The notes under the pieces were generated by a model. The model did no database searches and was not told the origin of the DNA. It saw only the letters and a program-made list of their open reading frames with translations. Source: Clostridia bacterium (lineage in GTDB: Bacteria > Bacillota > Clostridia > CAKSNL01 > HGM11501). Taken from it: a stretch of DNA of 64,000 nt. How positions within the stretch are numbered: position 1 is the first letter of the stretch; each line of letters opens with the position of its first letter. This document shows positions 18,328-27,959 of this stretch, piece by piece. A program made the position numbers and the translations under genes. The stretch covers positions 6,058 to 70,057 of the forward strand of contig JAZQAZ010000030.1 in assembly GCA_045545475.1 (NCBI GenBank), in the 5' to 3' direction.

Positions 18328-19203
18328 TTAGTCCAATTTTTTCCACAGCATTTTATTCTCCGAAAATTCAAATCCGATTTTTCCCGAATCGTGAAGATAG
18401 GATAAGTAGGATTTTACGGTGCTTCCCGAAAGCACATACTGACTTGCGTTAAGGCTCAAGCTGTAGGAGTCAAAAAGCTCTTTAAGTATTTCTTCAAAGG
18501 TTTTTGCTTCCTTGCATATATCGTATATCTTTTCGGCAATTTCCAGCACCTTGTCACGGTTTATTTTAACCAAGTCCTTTATATCCTCCGTCGCCTCGGC
18601 GTGGGAGGGTATGAAAAGCTTTCCTTCAAGGGTTTCAAGATAGCTGAGAGTTTCTAAAAACGCCTTTATGTCATACATAAAGGAAATGTGGTATTTCGTT
18701 ACAGTTTCCGCACCGAAAAGGGAATCTGCCAGAAAATACACATCATCGTCGGTTTTTATGCCTATCATATCGAAAAAGTGTCCCTTTAAGGAAATCACAC
18801 TGAGTCCTTCGGGGAGATTCCCTTCAATTGGCGTAACAACCGACTCCTGTGCCAGCAGAAACTTTGTGCGAAGGTCGGAAAAAGGATAACCACCGTATAA
18901 GAAAGAGGGTTCCAAAACCGGATGCTCCGTAAAGTCCTTTTCTATGCCCGATGCAAAAACCGGGCAAGCGGTTCTTTCCTGAATAAGATGGTTTCCGCCG
19001 ATATGGTCGGCATTGGAGTGGGTTGAAATTATTCCCGCAACCTTAAGCCCCTCGGCATCAAGTATCTTTAATATTTTCTTTCCCGCATCCTTATCGTTTC
19101 CCGTATCGATTAAGTAAACGCTGTCCTCCGTCACCTTATAAACTCCGATATTAACGGCGTTTTTTATATAATAGGTCTTTTCGCCTACTTTTATTAGCTC
19201 CAT
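18328..19203 (-). CDS. MBL-fold metallo-hydrolase
   Basis: HxHxDH motif ISTHSNADHIGG. Confidence 0.7.
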   Translation of the reverse strand: MELIKVGEKTYYIKNAVNIGVYKVTEDSVYLIDTGNDKDAGKKILKILDAEGLKVAGIISTHSNADHIGGNHLIQERTACPVFASGIEKDFTEHPVLEPSFLYGGYPFSDLRTKFLLAQESVVTPIEGNLPEGLSVISLKGHFFDMIGIKTDDDVYFLADSLFGAETVTKYHISFMYDIKAFLETLSYLETLEGKLFIPSHAEATEDIKDLVKINRDKVLEIAEKIYDICKEAKTFEEILKELFDSYSLSLNASQYVLSGSTVKSYLSYLHDSGKIGFEFSENKMLWKKLD

Positions 19204-19349
19204 AATATGCCTCCATAGAACATGTTTTTATAATTCTACCACAAAAGTATAAAAAAGTCCACTAAATCATAAAAAACTATTAAAAAGCTGGAGAGTTATT
19301 CGTCTTAAACCAAAAGTTATTCGTTATAAATATTTTTAAGACGAATAAC

Positions 19350-19382
19350 TAAAAAAATCCACGACCATTGGTCGTGGATTTT
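19350..19382 (-). terminator. rho-independent terminator after rpsI
   Basis: Minus strand: AATCCACGACCAATGGTCGTGGATT followed by TTTTTTT. Confidence 0.7.
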
Positions 19383-19405
19383 CCCTGTGCCCAATAGGGC
19401 AATAA

Positions 19406-19801
19406 TTATCTCTTTGAGAACTGGGGTGCGCGACGAGCTGCCTTTAAGCCGTACTTCTTTCTTTCCTTCATTCTGGGGTCTCTTGTTAAGAAACCTGCAG
19501 CCTTGAGGATTGCTCTGTAAGAATCTTCAACTTTAAGTAAAGCTCTTGCTACATCGTGACGGATTGCGCCTGCCTGACCGGAAACGCCACCGCCTGTTAC
19601 TGTGCAAAGAACGTCAAACTTGCCGATTGTGCTTGTAGCATTTAAAGGCTGGCGAACGATAACCTTTAATGTTTCAAGTCCGAAATAATCGTCGATATCT
19701 CTACCGTTGATTACAACTTTACCTGTGCCGGGTACAAGTCTTACTCTGGCAACAGATTCTTTTCTTCTACCTGTTCCGTAGAACATTGTCTTATCTGCCA
19801 T
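19406..19801 (-). CDS. rpsI: 30S ribosomal protein S9
   Basis: [14 protein letters not shown] ... C-terminal RRAPQFSKR. Confidence 0.95.
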   Translation of the reverse strand: MADKTMFYGTGRRKESVARVRLVPGTGKVVINGRDIDDYFGLETLKVIVRQPLNATSTIGKFDVLCTVTGGGVSGQAGAIRHDVARALLKVEDSYRAILKAAGFLTRDPRMKERKKYGLKAARRAPQFSKR

Positions 19802-19818
19802 TATCGTTTACCTCCTTC

Positions 19819-20256
19819 TTATTTAATCTCGCCTGTCCATGCTTCGGGCTTCTGAGCTGCGTGTGCATGGTCAGCATCTTTGTAAACTCTGAGTCTTGTG
19901 AGTTCCTGTGCACCAAGAGTGTTGTGAGGAAGCATACCCTTTACTGCAAGGAACATAGCCTGCTCGGGCTTGTTTGCCATCATAATCTTGGCCTGGGTCT
20001 CCTTAAGACCGCCTACCCAACCTGAGTGTCTTCTGTAATACTTCTGCTCCATCTTCTTACCGGTAAGAACAGCGTCCTTACAGTTGATGATGATAACATG
20101 ATCGCCACAATCTACATTAGGAGTAAATGTGGGCTTAATTTTGCCTCTGAGAATGCTGGCAGCAAGTGCAGCTGTACGGCCAAGGGGCTTTCCTGCAGCA
20201 TCAATGATGTACCATTTTCTCTCAACGGCAGAGCTGTTTTCAAGATATGTGCTCAT
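19819..20256 (-). CDS. rplM: 50S ribosomal protein L13
   Basis: [14 protein letters not shown]-terminus, 145 aa. Confidence 0.95.
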   Translation of the reverse strand: MSTYLENSSAVERKWYIIDAAGKPLGRTAALAASILRGKIKPTFTPNVDCGDHVIIINCKDAVLTGKKMEQKYYRRHSGWVGGLKETQAKIMMANKPEQAMFLAVKGMLPHNTLGAQELTRLRVYKDADHAHAAQKPEAWTGEIK

Positions 20257-20357
20257 AAAAAAATACCTCCGTTCATTTTTTCAACATTTGCTATTGTAAT
20301 ATATTATTTCCAATTTGTCAACAACTTTTTTCTATTTTTTCAATTTGCATTTTTCTA

Positions 20358-20407
20358 TCTCGTTTTTTCTCTCGTTTTCTCTTGTTTTCTCGTTTTTTCT
20401 CGTTTTC
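20358..20407. repeat. tandem ~10-nt repeat (CTCGTTTTTT)x5 in rplM upstream/leader region
   Basis: tctcgttttttctctcgttttctcttgttttctcgttttttctcgttttc read directly. Confidence 0.8.
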
Positions 20408-20501
20408 AATTTTCACTTGCCAAAAGCTTTTTTTTGTTATATTATATAATAAAGCCAAGAGGGAACACACTTCCCACAGGGCGTAAAAGTGAGTGATTTT
20501 T

Positions 20502-21146
20502 ATGAAAAGAGACTATAGCACCGTGATATTCGACCTTGACGGAACACTGATCGATTCCATGTCCGCTTGGGAGGATGTTGATACAAAGTGGCTTATTATG
20601 CACGGCATAACACCAACACGTGAAATACTTGATAAATTCAAAACCATGGAATTTTCCGATGCGGCAATTTATGCCCAAAGAGAACTTGGCGTAAAAGAAA
20701 GTGCCGAAGTTCTTTTCTCGGAGTGGACAAGCCTTGTTTTCGAGGCATATTCTTTTCATATTCCCCTAAAACCCTTTGCAAAAGAAATTTTAGAGAAATA
20801 TAAAAAGGAAGGAAAAAAAATCCTTCTTGCCACCTCCTGTCGTAAAGAATGTTGCTATGCCTCACTTAATAATCTTAAAATTGAAGAATATTTCGACCAC
20901 ATCATATTCACCGAAGATGTTGGACGTGGAAAGGCCTACCCAGACATTTATTTAAGATGTGCCGAAATATCAGGCGAAAAATGCGAAAACTGCCTTGTTT
21001 TTGACGATATTTACGATGCACTTAAAAGTGCTCACAAAGCAGGGATGGACTTTTGCACGGTTTTTGATAAGGCAACAAGTCATCCCCTCTCTTCAATGAA
21101 GGAAGAATCAGAATATTTTATCGAAAGCTTTTCAGAGCTTTTATAA
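20502..21146 (+). CDS. HAD-IA family hydrolase (beta-phosphoglucomutase-like)
   Basis: VIFDLDGTLIDS motif I; start at MKRDY (ATG 20502). Confidence 0.7.
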   Translation: MKRDYSTVIFDLDGTLIDSMSAWEDVDTKWLIMHGITPTREILDKFKTMEFSDAAIYAQRELGVKESAEVLFSEWTSLVFEAYSFHIPLKPFAKEILEKYKKEGKKILLATSCRKECCYASLNNLKIEEYFDHIIFTEDVGRGKAYPDIYLRCAEISGEKCENCLVFDDIYDALKSAHKAGMDFCTVFDKATSHPLSSMKEESEYFIESFSELL

Positions 21147-21168
21147 CCATATATAAAGGAAGAAATTT

Positions 21169-22458
21169 ATGGAAGTTAAAACCTTTGCCATACACACACT
21201 GGGCTGCAAGGTAAACTCTTATGAGTCCAATGCCATATCAGCCATTTTGGAAAAAAACGGCTTAAAGAGTGTTCCGTTTGAAAATGCAGCTGACATTTAC
21301 ATTATAAATACCTGCTCCGTTACAAATACCGGCGATAAAAAATCCCGCCAGGTGATAAGACGGGCAAAGCGTCAAAATCCCGATGCATATATTGCTGTTC
21401 TGGGATGCTATGCACAAAGCGATCCCGATTCCGTAAGGACACTGGGTGCCGATCTGGTTGCAGGCACATCGGACAGAGAGCTTTTTGTGAAAATGATTTT
21501 GGAAAACCTGAAAGGTTCTCTTGTGAGAGACATTTCAAAGGTATCGGAATTTGAATACCTGCCGGAGCCTGACACTTCCGAGCGTACCCGTGCATATATA
21601 AAAATCCAGGACGGATGTAACAATTTCTGCTCCTACTGTATCATCCCCTACACCCGTGGAAGAGTAAGAAGCAAAAATCCTGACTCTGTAATAGCTGAAG
21701 CAAAAGCCCTTAAGGAGGCGGGGTTCCGTGAAATTGTCCTGACCGGAATTGAAGTCGCAAGTTACGGAAAAGAAAGTGCCGGTATAGGTCTTATCGATCT
21801 GCTTGAAAGGCTTTCAAACGAAGTGGCTTTCGAAAGAATCCGCTTAAGTTCCATTGACCCCAGAGCATTCACCGATGATTTTATCTGCCGAATTTCCTGC
21901 ATAAAAGGAGTTTGTCATCACTTTCATATTTCCGCACAGTCTTTATGCACAGAAACGTTAAAGCGAATGAACCGCCATTATACGGCAGAAGGCTTTCTGG
22001 AAATTTTAGAAAAAATCCGCAATGCCATGCCAAATGCCGCCATAACCACAGATATAATAACAGGCTTTCCCGGTGAGACGGAAGAAGAATTTAATGTAAC
22101 TATGAAAAACACAAAAAAGGCCGCCTTTTCACGCCTTCATGTTTTCCCCTATTCTGAAAGAAAAGGAACAGTTGCCGCTGCGATGGAGCAAATCCCCGTA
22201 TCGATACGATCGGAACGTGCAAAATTGTTAATAGAAGAAGGGAATATCCTTGCCAAAAACTTTGCCGAAAGTTTTACAGGCAAAACCGTAGCCGTACTGT
22301 TTGAAGAAGGAAAAGACGGAGTTTACGAGGGGTATACAGAAAACTATGTCCGTGTTGCCGTAAAAAGTGAAAGAGATTTATCTGGCAAAATACTCCCTGT
22401 TAAAATCAAAAAAGTGTCGGGAGGCACATTATTAATCGGCATTATTGACAATTTATAA
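21169..22458 (+). CDS. mtaB: tRNA threonylcarbamoyladenosine methylthiotransferase MtaB (radical SAM MTTase)
   Basis: MTTase N-domain (HTLGCKVNSYES), radical SAM CNNFCSYC, TRAM C-terminus; 429 aa without MiaB-length. Confidence 0.7.
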   Translation: MEVKTFAIHTLGCKVNSYESNAISAILEKNGLKSVPFENAADIYIINTCSVTNTGDKKSRQVIRRAKRQNPDAYIAVLGCYAQSDPDSVRTLGADLVAGTSDRELFVKMILENLKGSLVRDISKVSEFEYLPEPDTSERTRAYIKIQDGCNNFCSYCIIPYTRGRVRSKNPDSVIAEAKALKEAGFREIVLTGIEVASYGKESAGIGLIDLLERLSNEVAFERIRLSSIDPRAFTDDFICRISCIKGVCHHFHISAQSLCTETLKRMNRHYTAEGFLEILEKIRNAMPNAAITTDIITGFPGETEEEFNVTMKNTKKAAFSRLHVFPYSERKGTVAAAMEQIPVSIRSERAKLLIEEGNILAKNFAESFTGKTVAVLFEEGKDGVYEGYTENYVRVAVKSERDLSGKILPVKIKKVSGGTLLIGIIDNL

Positions 22459-22508
22459 ATTAGGCGTTATAATAGAAATATATTACGAAAGAAATCGGAG
22501 GACACCCC

Positions 22509-22988
22509 ATGGATATAACTTCATTAAAAGGAACCGCTTTTGGCGGCTACAGTAAAAAAAGCGTTCACGAATTTTTTGAAGAGCTTTCTCTTGCCAATTC
22601 AATCAAGCTTTCTGAGCTTGCCGAGGAAAAGGGTGCTCTTACAGACAAAATCGTTGAATTCGAGAAAAAAACAGCTGAACTTGAGGCAAAAATAGCTGAA
22701 CTTGAAAGTGCATTAGGTGACTCCGAAAACGAAAAAGAACATGTTGCAAAAGCAATAGTTTCCGCAGAAAAGGAAGCTGCAAAAATTTTAGCTAATGCAG
22801 CAAAAGAAGCCGAAGATATTAAAAACAACGCTATTGAAGAGTCAGAGGCGTTAAAAGAAAACACCAAAAAAGAGCTTAAGGATGAATTTGACAAGCTTAA
22901 GGATTTGCGTTTTTCCACACTTCAGGCTATGACTTCATACAAGGATAAACTTGATGCAATTTCAAAAAGACTCGGCGGAGAAGAATAA
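22509..22988 (+). CDS. DivIVA-domain protein
   Basis: N-terminal F-x-x-GY-x-x-x-V-x-x-F motif and coiled coil. Confidence 0.5.
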   Translation: MDITSLKGTAFGGYSKKSVHEFFEELSLANSIKLSELAEEKGALTDKIVEFEKKTAELEAKIAELESALGDSENEKEHVAKAIVSAEKEAAKILANAAKEAEDIKNNAIEESEALKENTKKELKDEFDKLKDLRFSTLQAMTSYKDKLDAISKRLGGEE

Positions 22989-22989
22989 A

Positions 22990-23024
22990 AAAAGCAGGGC
23001 TGTCGCTGACAGCCCTATTTTCTA
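22990..23024. terminator. bidirectional terminator
   Basis: AGGGCTGTCGCTGACAGCCCT hairpin flanked by A-run/T-run. Confidence 0.65.
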
Positions 23025-23665
23025 CCTATAAATCTTACATAGCGGCAAACCTCAACGCCGCCTGCTCCCATAACGGTATTAACCGATGCCGCATTTTCAC
23101 TGCGACATTCATATAAAACCTTTACCCCTTTCTTACTAAGGTCCTTAAGGAGTGCTAAAAGGCATTTTTTCGCATGGCCTTTTTGCCGTTCATGGGGTGC
23201 CGTTTCAATATGCACATTATAAACTCCGTCCTTTAATACCGCACCTGCCAAAGATACAACCTTTCCGTCTTTTATCATCCCGTAAACGGGGCCCTTTGAT
23301 ACAAGATAAGGTAAATCCGAAAAAAGTGCATCTTCTTCACATCCCTTAAGGAACACAGCCTCCGTTTCGCACCCCGAAACTCCGGTAAGGTCAAAGCATC
23401 TTATTATGCTTATATGTTTGTCGGGAACAAAGCCTCTGTCTTTCAAATATTTTTCAGACAGAGTATAAATTGATCCAAGATTTTCTTCCTTAAAAAAGTC
23501 GTTCATTCTTTTAAGTTCAGGTATCATTTCCGAAGCTGCAGAAACATAGAAATTCCCGTTTTCAGAGAGTATCGTGCAAGGCTCAGAAAAAAACTCTTCA
23601 TCCATAGTCCTCTCTGAAAAACCCGCTTTTTTCATATTTAAAAACGAAAGACAATAGTTAACCAT
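23015..23665 (-). CDS. GNAT-family acetyltransferase (putative)
   Basis: C-terminal GNAT motif A-like HERQKGHAKK; start uncertain (MKKAG alternative). Confidence 0.45.
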   Translation of the reverse strand: MVNYCLSFLNMKKAGFSERTMDEEFFSEPCTILSENGNFYVSAASEMIPELKRMNDFFKEENLGSIYTLSEKYLKDRGFVPDKHISIIRCFDLTGVSGCETEAVFLKGCEEDALFSDLPYLVSKGPVYGMIKDGKVVSLAGAVLKDGVYNVHIETAPHERQKGHAKKCLLALLKDLSKKGVKVLYECRSENAASVNTVMGAGGVEVCRYVRFIGRK

Positions 23666-23720
23666 AAAATCACCACTTCAATGATAACAGAAAAAATCAT
23701 CTTTGTAAAGGAGTCAATGT

Positions 23721-24587
23721 ATGAAAATCGCAATAATTGATTTAGGCTCTAACTCCGCAAGAATGACCATTTGGAAAATATCCGGCAGTAAAATCGAAGT
23801 CGTTGTTAACAAACGATTATATGTCAGACTTTCAGAAGGTCTTTCAGAAGACAATTTAATAAAGGAAGAGCCTTTTAAGAGAACGCTTTCAGCTCTTTTG
23901 GAATTTTCCGACATTATAAAGCACGAAAAATGTGAAATTGTAAAGGCAGTTGCAACGGAGACAATCCGACGTGCGGAAAATTCCGATGAAATATTAAAGA
24001 TTATATATGCCAAAACCGGTATAAAAATTGAAATACTCACCGGTGACGATGAGGCAAGATATGACTATCTTGCCGCAGAAGATTTAGCGAAAGGCCATAC
24101 CGCATTTTTAATGGATGTCGGCGGCGGAAGCATCGAAATCATAAGAGCTGACAGGGGCGAATTGCAGGGACACATTTCCCTTCCGCTGGGCTCTGTTGTT
24201 GCAACCGATGCAAAAGGAACAGATATTGATTCTCTGAGTTCTCTTTTCACTGATGAATTTTCCTGCCTTCCCTTTATAGATAAAAAGGACGGTGCAGTAT
24301 TAATAGGGCTCGGCGGTTCAATCCGCTCACTTTTCTCCTATGCGGATAAGCTTTATGACGGTGCAACCATGAGCCGTGATGAATTTTTTGCTTTTTACGA
24401 TAAAATAGTTACAGAAGACAGGGAAATATTAAAACAGCGTCCCTCTTTTTCTGACCGCTATGACATAATAAACGCAGGCATCACGCCCTATGCCGTGCTT
24501 TTCAAGCTGACCGGTGCCGATAAAATTACCCTTTGCAACAGAGGTGTAAGGGAGGGAATTTTAATAGAATGTCTGAAAAAAATATAA
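23721..24587 (+). CDS. Ppx/GppA-family phosphatase
   Basis: IDLGSNSARM N-terminal ASKHA motif. Confidence 0.75.
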   Translation: MKIAIIDLGSNSARMTIWKISGSKIEVVVNKRLYVRLSEGLSEDNLIKEEPFKRTLSALLEFSDIIKHEKCEIVKAVATETIRRAENSDEILKIIYAKTGIKIEILTGDDEARYDYLAAEDLAKGHTAFLMDVGGGSIEIIRADRGELQGHISLPLGSVVATDAKGTDIDSLSSLFTDEFSCLPFIDKKDGAVLIGLGGSIRSLFSYADKLYDGATMSRDEFFAFYDKIVTEDREILKQRPSFSDRYDIINAGITPYAVLFKLTGADKITLCNRGVREGILIECLKKI

Positions 24588-25330
24588 AAGAGGAACTGAC
24601 TAAAAAAGCGAACGAGCTGGGCATAACGGAAATCGGATTTTGCATTCACGAGGGAAAATGTGCCGTATGCTGTTTATTTCCCTATTATTTTGAGGACAGC
24701 GAAAAGGCAAACATTTCTATGTATGCAAGGGGCATTGACTACCACATTCTTGCAAAAGAAAAGCTTAATACGCTTCTTTCTCCCTTTGCGGAAAATTTCG
24801 AAATCCGTGTAGATGTAGGACCAATCGACAACATAGATGTGGCATATCGTTCAGGGCTTGGTGTAATCGGAAAAAACCGTCTTTTAATAAACAAAAATCT
24901 TGGCTCTTACTTTTTTATAGGCTATGCCTTAACGAACCTTGAGATTGAGCCCGACTTGCCGATTGACGGAAGCTGCCTTTCCTGCAATAAATGCATAAAT
25001 GCCTGCACAGGCGGTGCGCTTTCGGCAAATGGCTTCGACATAACAAAATGCGTAAGCCATATATCTCAGAAAAAGGGCGAACTTTCGAATAAAGAAATAA
25101 AAATATTAAAAAAATCAAACCTCATCTGGGGCTGTGACACCTGCCAGGATGTATGCTTAATGAATAAAGCACCGCTTTATGCCATGAAGGAATTTACGGA
25201 AAACAGAATCCCCTATCTTAAAAAGGAAGATATTGAAAACCTGTCAAATAAGGAATTTACGAAAAAATACGGCAAGTACGCCTTTTCCTGGCGTGGCAAA
25301 GCCGTGCTACTGCGAAATATGGAATTATAA
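24569..25330 (+). CDS. QueG-like 4Fe-4S protein (putative epoxyqueuosine reductase)
   Basis: CLSCNKCINAC and CDTCQDVC cluster motifs; shorter than canonical QueG. Confidence 0.45.
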   Translation: MSEKNIKEELTKKANELGITEIGFCIHEGKCAVCCLFPYYFEDSEKANISMYARGIDYHILAKEKLNTLLSPFAENFEIRVDVGPIDNIDVAYRSGLGVIGKNRLLINKNLGSYFFIGYALTNLEIEPDLPIDGSCLSCNKCINACTGGALSANGFDITKCVSHISQKKGELSNKEIKILKKSNLIWGCDTCQDVCLMNKAPLYAMKEFTENRIPYLKKEDIENLSNKEFTKKYGKYAFSWRGKAVLLRNMEL

Positions 25331-25366
25331 AAACATCGTGCAGAACTTCTGCACGATGTTTTACAT
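25328..25366. terminator. bidirectional terminator
   Basis: AACATCGTGCAGAACTTCTGCACGATGTT hairpin. Confidence 0.7.
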
Positions 25367-26233
25367 ATCTAGCCTTGATTTTATCGTCCTTATATAATCC
25401 GACGGAGAAATATTTTCCATTTTCTTAAAAAGTCTGCTGAAATAATGGAGCGAAGAAAAGCGGAGTATGGATGCAATTTCGGATAAATTATAGTTCCCCT
25501 CTCTCATAAGCTTTTTAGCTTCTTTTATCCTTAATGCATTGATATAGCCTATCACCGTATCACCTGTTGCCTTTTTGAACATACTGCAAAGGGTGGTTTT
25601 GTTTGTCCCGAAAATGAAGCAAAGCTCGGACAAAGTGATTTTTTCTCTGAAATTTTCCTTTAAGTAGCTGCATATTTCAGACAGGTTGCGGTCACCGGCT
25701 TCATTTTCAGGTGATAGTTTTTCCGCCTCGGATGAACGTACAAGCTCAATTAAAAATGTTTCAAGTTTTAATTTTATCATCTGGTCTGCCCCAAAGGGAT
25801 AGTCTTTCTTTTTTTTCATATCCCGAAGATTAGGGATATCATAAGGTCCTTCAAAAACAGATCTTCCCTCTTTTATAATTTCCGTTAAAATTTTCTGCAA
25901 AACAGAATTTAAGTTAATCGCACTTCCCGAAAACACATCAAGTCTTTCCGAATCGCACTCAAAACCGATTATGATTACATTAGGGGCTGTGTTATTGATG
26001 CACCGGAGTGAATGAGTCTCCCCTGTTTTATGTATTATCATCATACCTTCTTTAAGGATTCCTTTATAGTTTTCTGCTTCTACAGAAATCTCTCCGTTAT
26101 CAACATAGACAAGCTCCCTGAATGGATGGCTGTCTTTTGTAGTATGATATTCTTTTGTAAATTCAAAATAATGAATGTTGGCAATTCTGCTCACCGTAAT
26201 TGCCATCTTAAATTCCTTAAGCTTAAAATCCAT
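25361..26233 (-). CDS. AraC-family transcriptional regulator (cupin + HTH)
   Basis: C-terminal AraC HTH (…LSEIASILRFSSLHYFSRLFKK…). Confidence 0.8.
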   Translation of the reverse strand: MDFKLKEFKMAITVSRIANIHYFEFTKEYHTTKDSHPFRELVYVDNGEISVEAENYKGILKEGMMIIHKTGETHSLRCINNTAPNVIIIGFECDSERLDVFSGSAINLNSVLQKILTEIIKEGRSVFEGPYDIPNLRDMKKKKDYPFGADQMIKLKLETFLIELVRSSEAEKLSPENEAGDRNLSEICSYLKENFREKITLSELCFIFGTNKTTLCSMFKKATGDTVIGYINALRIKEAKKLMREGNYNLSEIASILRFSSLHYFSRLFKKMENISPSDYIRTIKSRLDM

Positions 26234-26399
26234 AATATCACCACCTAAATAAATTTTAGCATTTTTACCAATTTTGTCAACAGAAAATTTATTCTATATT
26301 AATTTTATTTAATATTATGCAAAATGTTTTTAACATTATCCAAATACAAACAGCAAAACTTTCTGTATAATGAACTAAAGTTATAAAGGAGGTCTTTAT

Positions 26400-27572
26400 A
26401 TGTCAAGAATTTGTATCCCCGATTATGAATACAGAGAAAGAATTGCAAAAGCCGCAAAAATGGTGGCTGACAAAGGTCTGGATGTCATGGTTGTATGCTC
26501 AACTGAGTCCGACTATGCCAATGCCAGATATTTTTCGGGTTTCTGGCCCTTATTCGAAAGAGCAGGCGTTGCCATCGCCGCTAACGGAGATGCAGCATTA
26601 ATGGTGGGCCCGGAGTGTATTATCTTTGCAAAGGACGTTGCGAAGATGAACAAAATTTTCTGTCTCCGGGAATTCCGTGAGTCTGCCGATCCATCATATC
26701 CCGAGCTTCAGGCAAGTACATTCCGTGACGTTTTTTCGGCAATCGGCGTAAAGGGCGAAAACATAAAAATCGGCTTAGGAAGCTATGTCGAATGCACTCT
26801 TCCCATCTTTGAAGGGCTTAAAGAAAGCTTTCCGAAGGCTGAAATTTTAAAGTGCAACGATATTATGGTTAATCTTCGTAAAATCAAAAGCGAAAACGAG
26901 CTTTCATGCATAAAGGAAGGCTTCAGAATCATCGACCTTGCAACAAGCGAAGTAATAAGAAATCTTCGCCCGGGCGTTACCGAGCTTCAGATGGTGGGCA
27001 TCGCACAGAAGGTAATTTACGAAGAAGGTGCAGAATACGAAGGTCTGCCCATGTATGTATTCAGCGAAAAATCCACAAGTCACGCCATAAGCCGTTCCGG
27101 CTACCGAGAAATAAATAAGGGAGATATTGTTCAGCTTAACCTGTCTGCAAAAATTGACGGTTATTCTCCCTCTATAGGTCTTCCTGTGGTTATGGGAAAA
27201 CTGGAAGGCGAGCGAAAAAGAGTTGTAAAGTTCTGTTTAGATGCACATAACTGGACAGTTGACCGCCTTAAAGCAGGTGTTATGGCAAGCTCCATTGCAA
27301 AAGATTTCTATAAGATGTATGTTGACAACGGCTTTAAAGAAAACTTCGTTTACGGTCCTTGCCACGGCACAGGTATGATTGAAGTTGAAGCACCCTGGAT
27401 GGAAACAATTTCAGACTATCCCTTAGAGGAAAATATGACCTTCCAGGTAGACACCTTTATTTCAGGTGACGGCTTTGGCGTACGTTGGGAAAAGGGCGTT
27501 GCAATAACCAAAGCAGGCTGTACTTCAATGACCAATTATCTCAACCGAGGAATAATTGAGCTTGACTTTTAA
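26400..27572 (+). CDS. M24-family metallohydrolase with creatinase/prolidase N-domain (creatinase-like)
   Basis: 390 aa; N-terminal creatinase_N-type domain, C-terminal pita-bread fold; SD AAAGGAGG. Confidence 0.65.
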   Translation: MSRICIPDYEYRERIAKAAKMVADKGLDVMVVCSTESDYANARYFSGFWPLFERAGVAIAANGDAALMVGPECIIFAKDVAKMNKIFCLREFRESADPSYPELQASTFRDVFSAIGVKGENIKIGLGSYVECTLPIFEGLKESFPKAEILKCNDIMVNLRKIKSENELSCIKEGFRIIDLATSEVIRNLRPGVTELQMVGIAQKVIYEEGAEYEGLPMYVFSEKSTSHAISRSGYREINKGDIVQLNLSAKIDGYSPSIGLPVVMGKLEGERKRVVKFCLDAHNWTVDRLKAGVMASSIAKDFYKMYVDNGFKENFVYGPCHGTGMIEVEAPWMETISDYPLEENMTFQVDTFISGDGFGVRWEKGVAITKAGCTSMTNYLNRGIIELDF

Positions 27573-27583
27573 GGAGGGATAAT

Positions 27584-27949
27584 ATGACTGTCGGTAAAAA
27601 AGAATGGATTATCCCGGATTGCGAGCTTCCACCCGAAGGCGAAGGAGAATTAAAAGGGCATGAATCTGTAATCATAGTAAATGATTCAGAGATTGATGCT
27701 ACTATTTCCGTTAAGCTTTTCTTCACTGACCGTGATGCATACGAGAACATCTGCTGGACTGTTGAAAAGAACAGGGTAAGATGCTTTCGTATGAACAATC
27801 TTTCCGATATGTGCGGTTATTCCATACCCAAAGAAACACAGTACGCTATGAAAATTTCAAGCAATACGCCAATAGTTGTGCAGTACGGAAGACTTGATAA
27901 CCGCCAGGTTAATCTTGCCTACTATACCACTTTGGGCTATGCCGAATAA
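27584..27949 (+). CDS. sensory-rhodopsin-transducer (ASRT/DUF1362)-like small beta-sandwich protein
   Basis: 121 aa; from recollection of Anabaena ASRT, shares CELPPEGEGE / IPPYGNGPEP-like and NTPIVVQYGRLDNRQ / NVPIVVQHTRLDSRQ-like blocks; ATG 5 nt after AAGGAGGG. Confidence 0.5.
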   Translation: MTVGKKEWIIPDCELPPEGEGELKGHESVIIVNDSEIDATISVKLFFTDRDAYENICWTVEKNRVRCFRMNNLSDMCGYSIPKETQYAMKISSNTPIVVQYGRLDNRQVNLAYYTTLGYAE

Positions 27950-27959
27950 GGAGGATATT

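Noticed and set aside
20358-20407. possible CRISPR array
   Set aside because: Units are only ~10 nt with no spacers; this is a simple tandem repeat, not a CRISPR. No CRISPR-like repeat-spacer arrays seen anywhere in the window.
22565-22918. 117-aa minus-strand Ser-rich ORF
   Set aside because: Antisense to the DivIVA-domain gene (Ala/Glu-rich coiled coil gives Ser/Leu-rich antisense frame).
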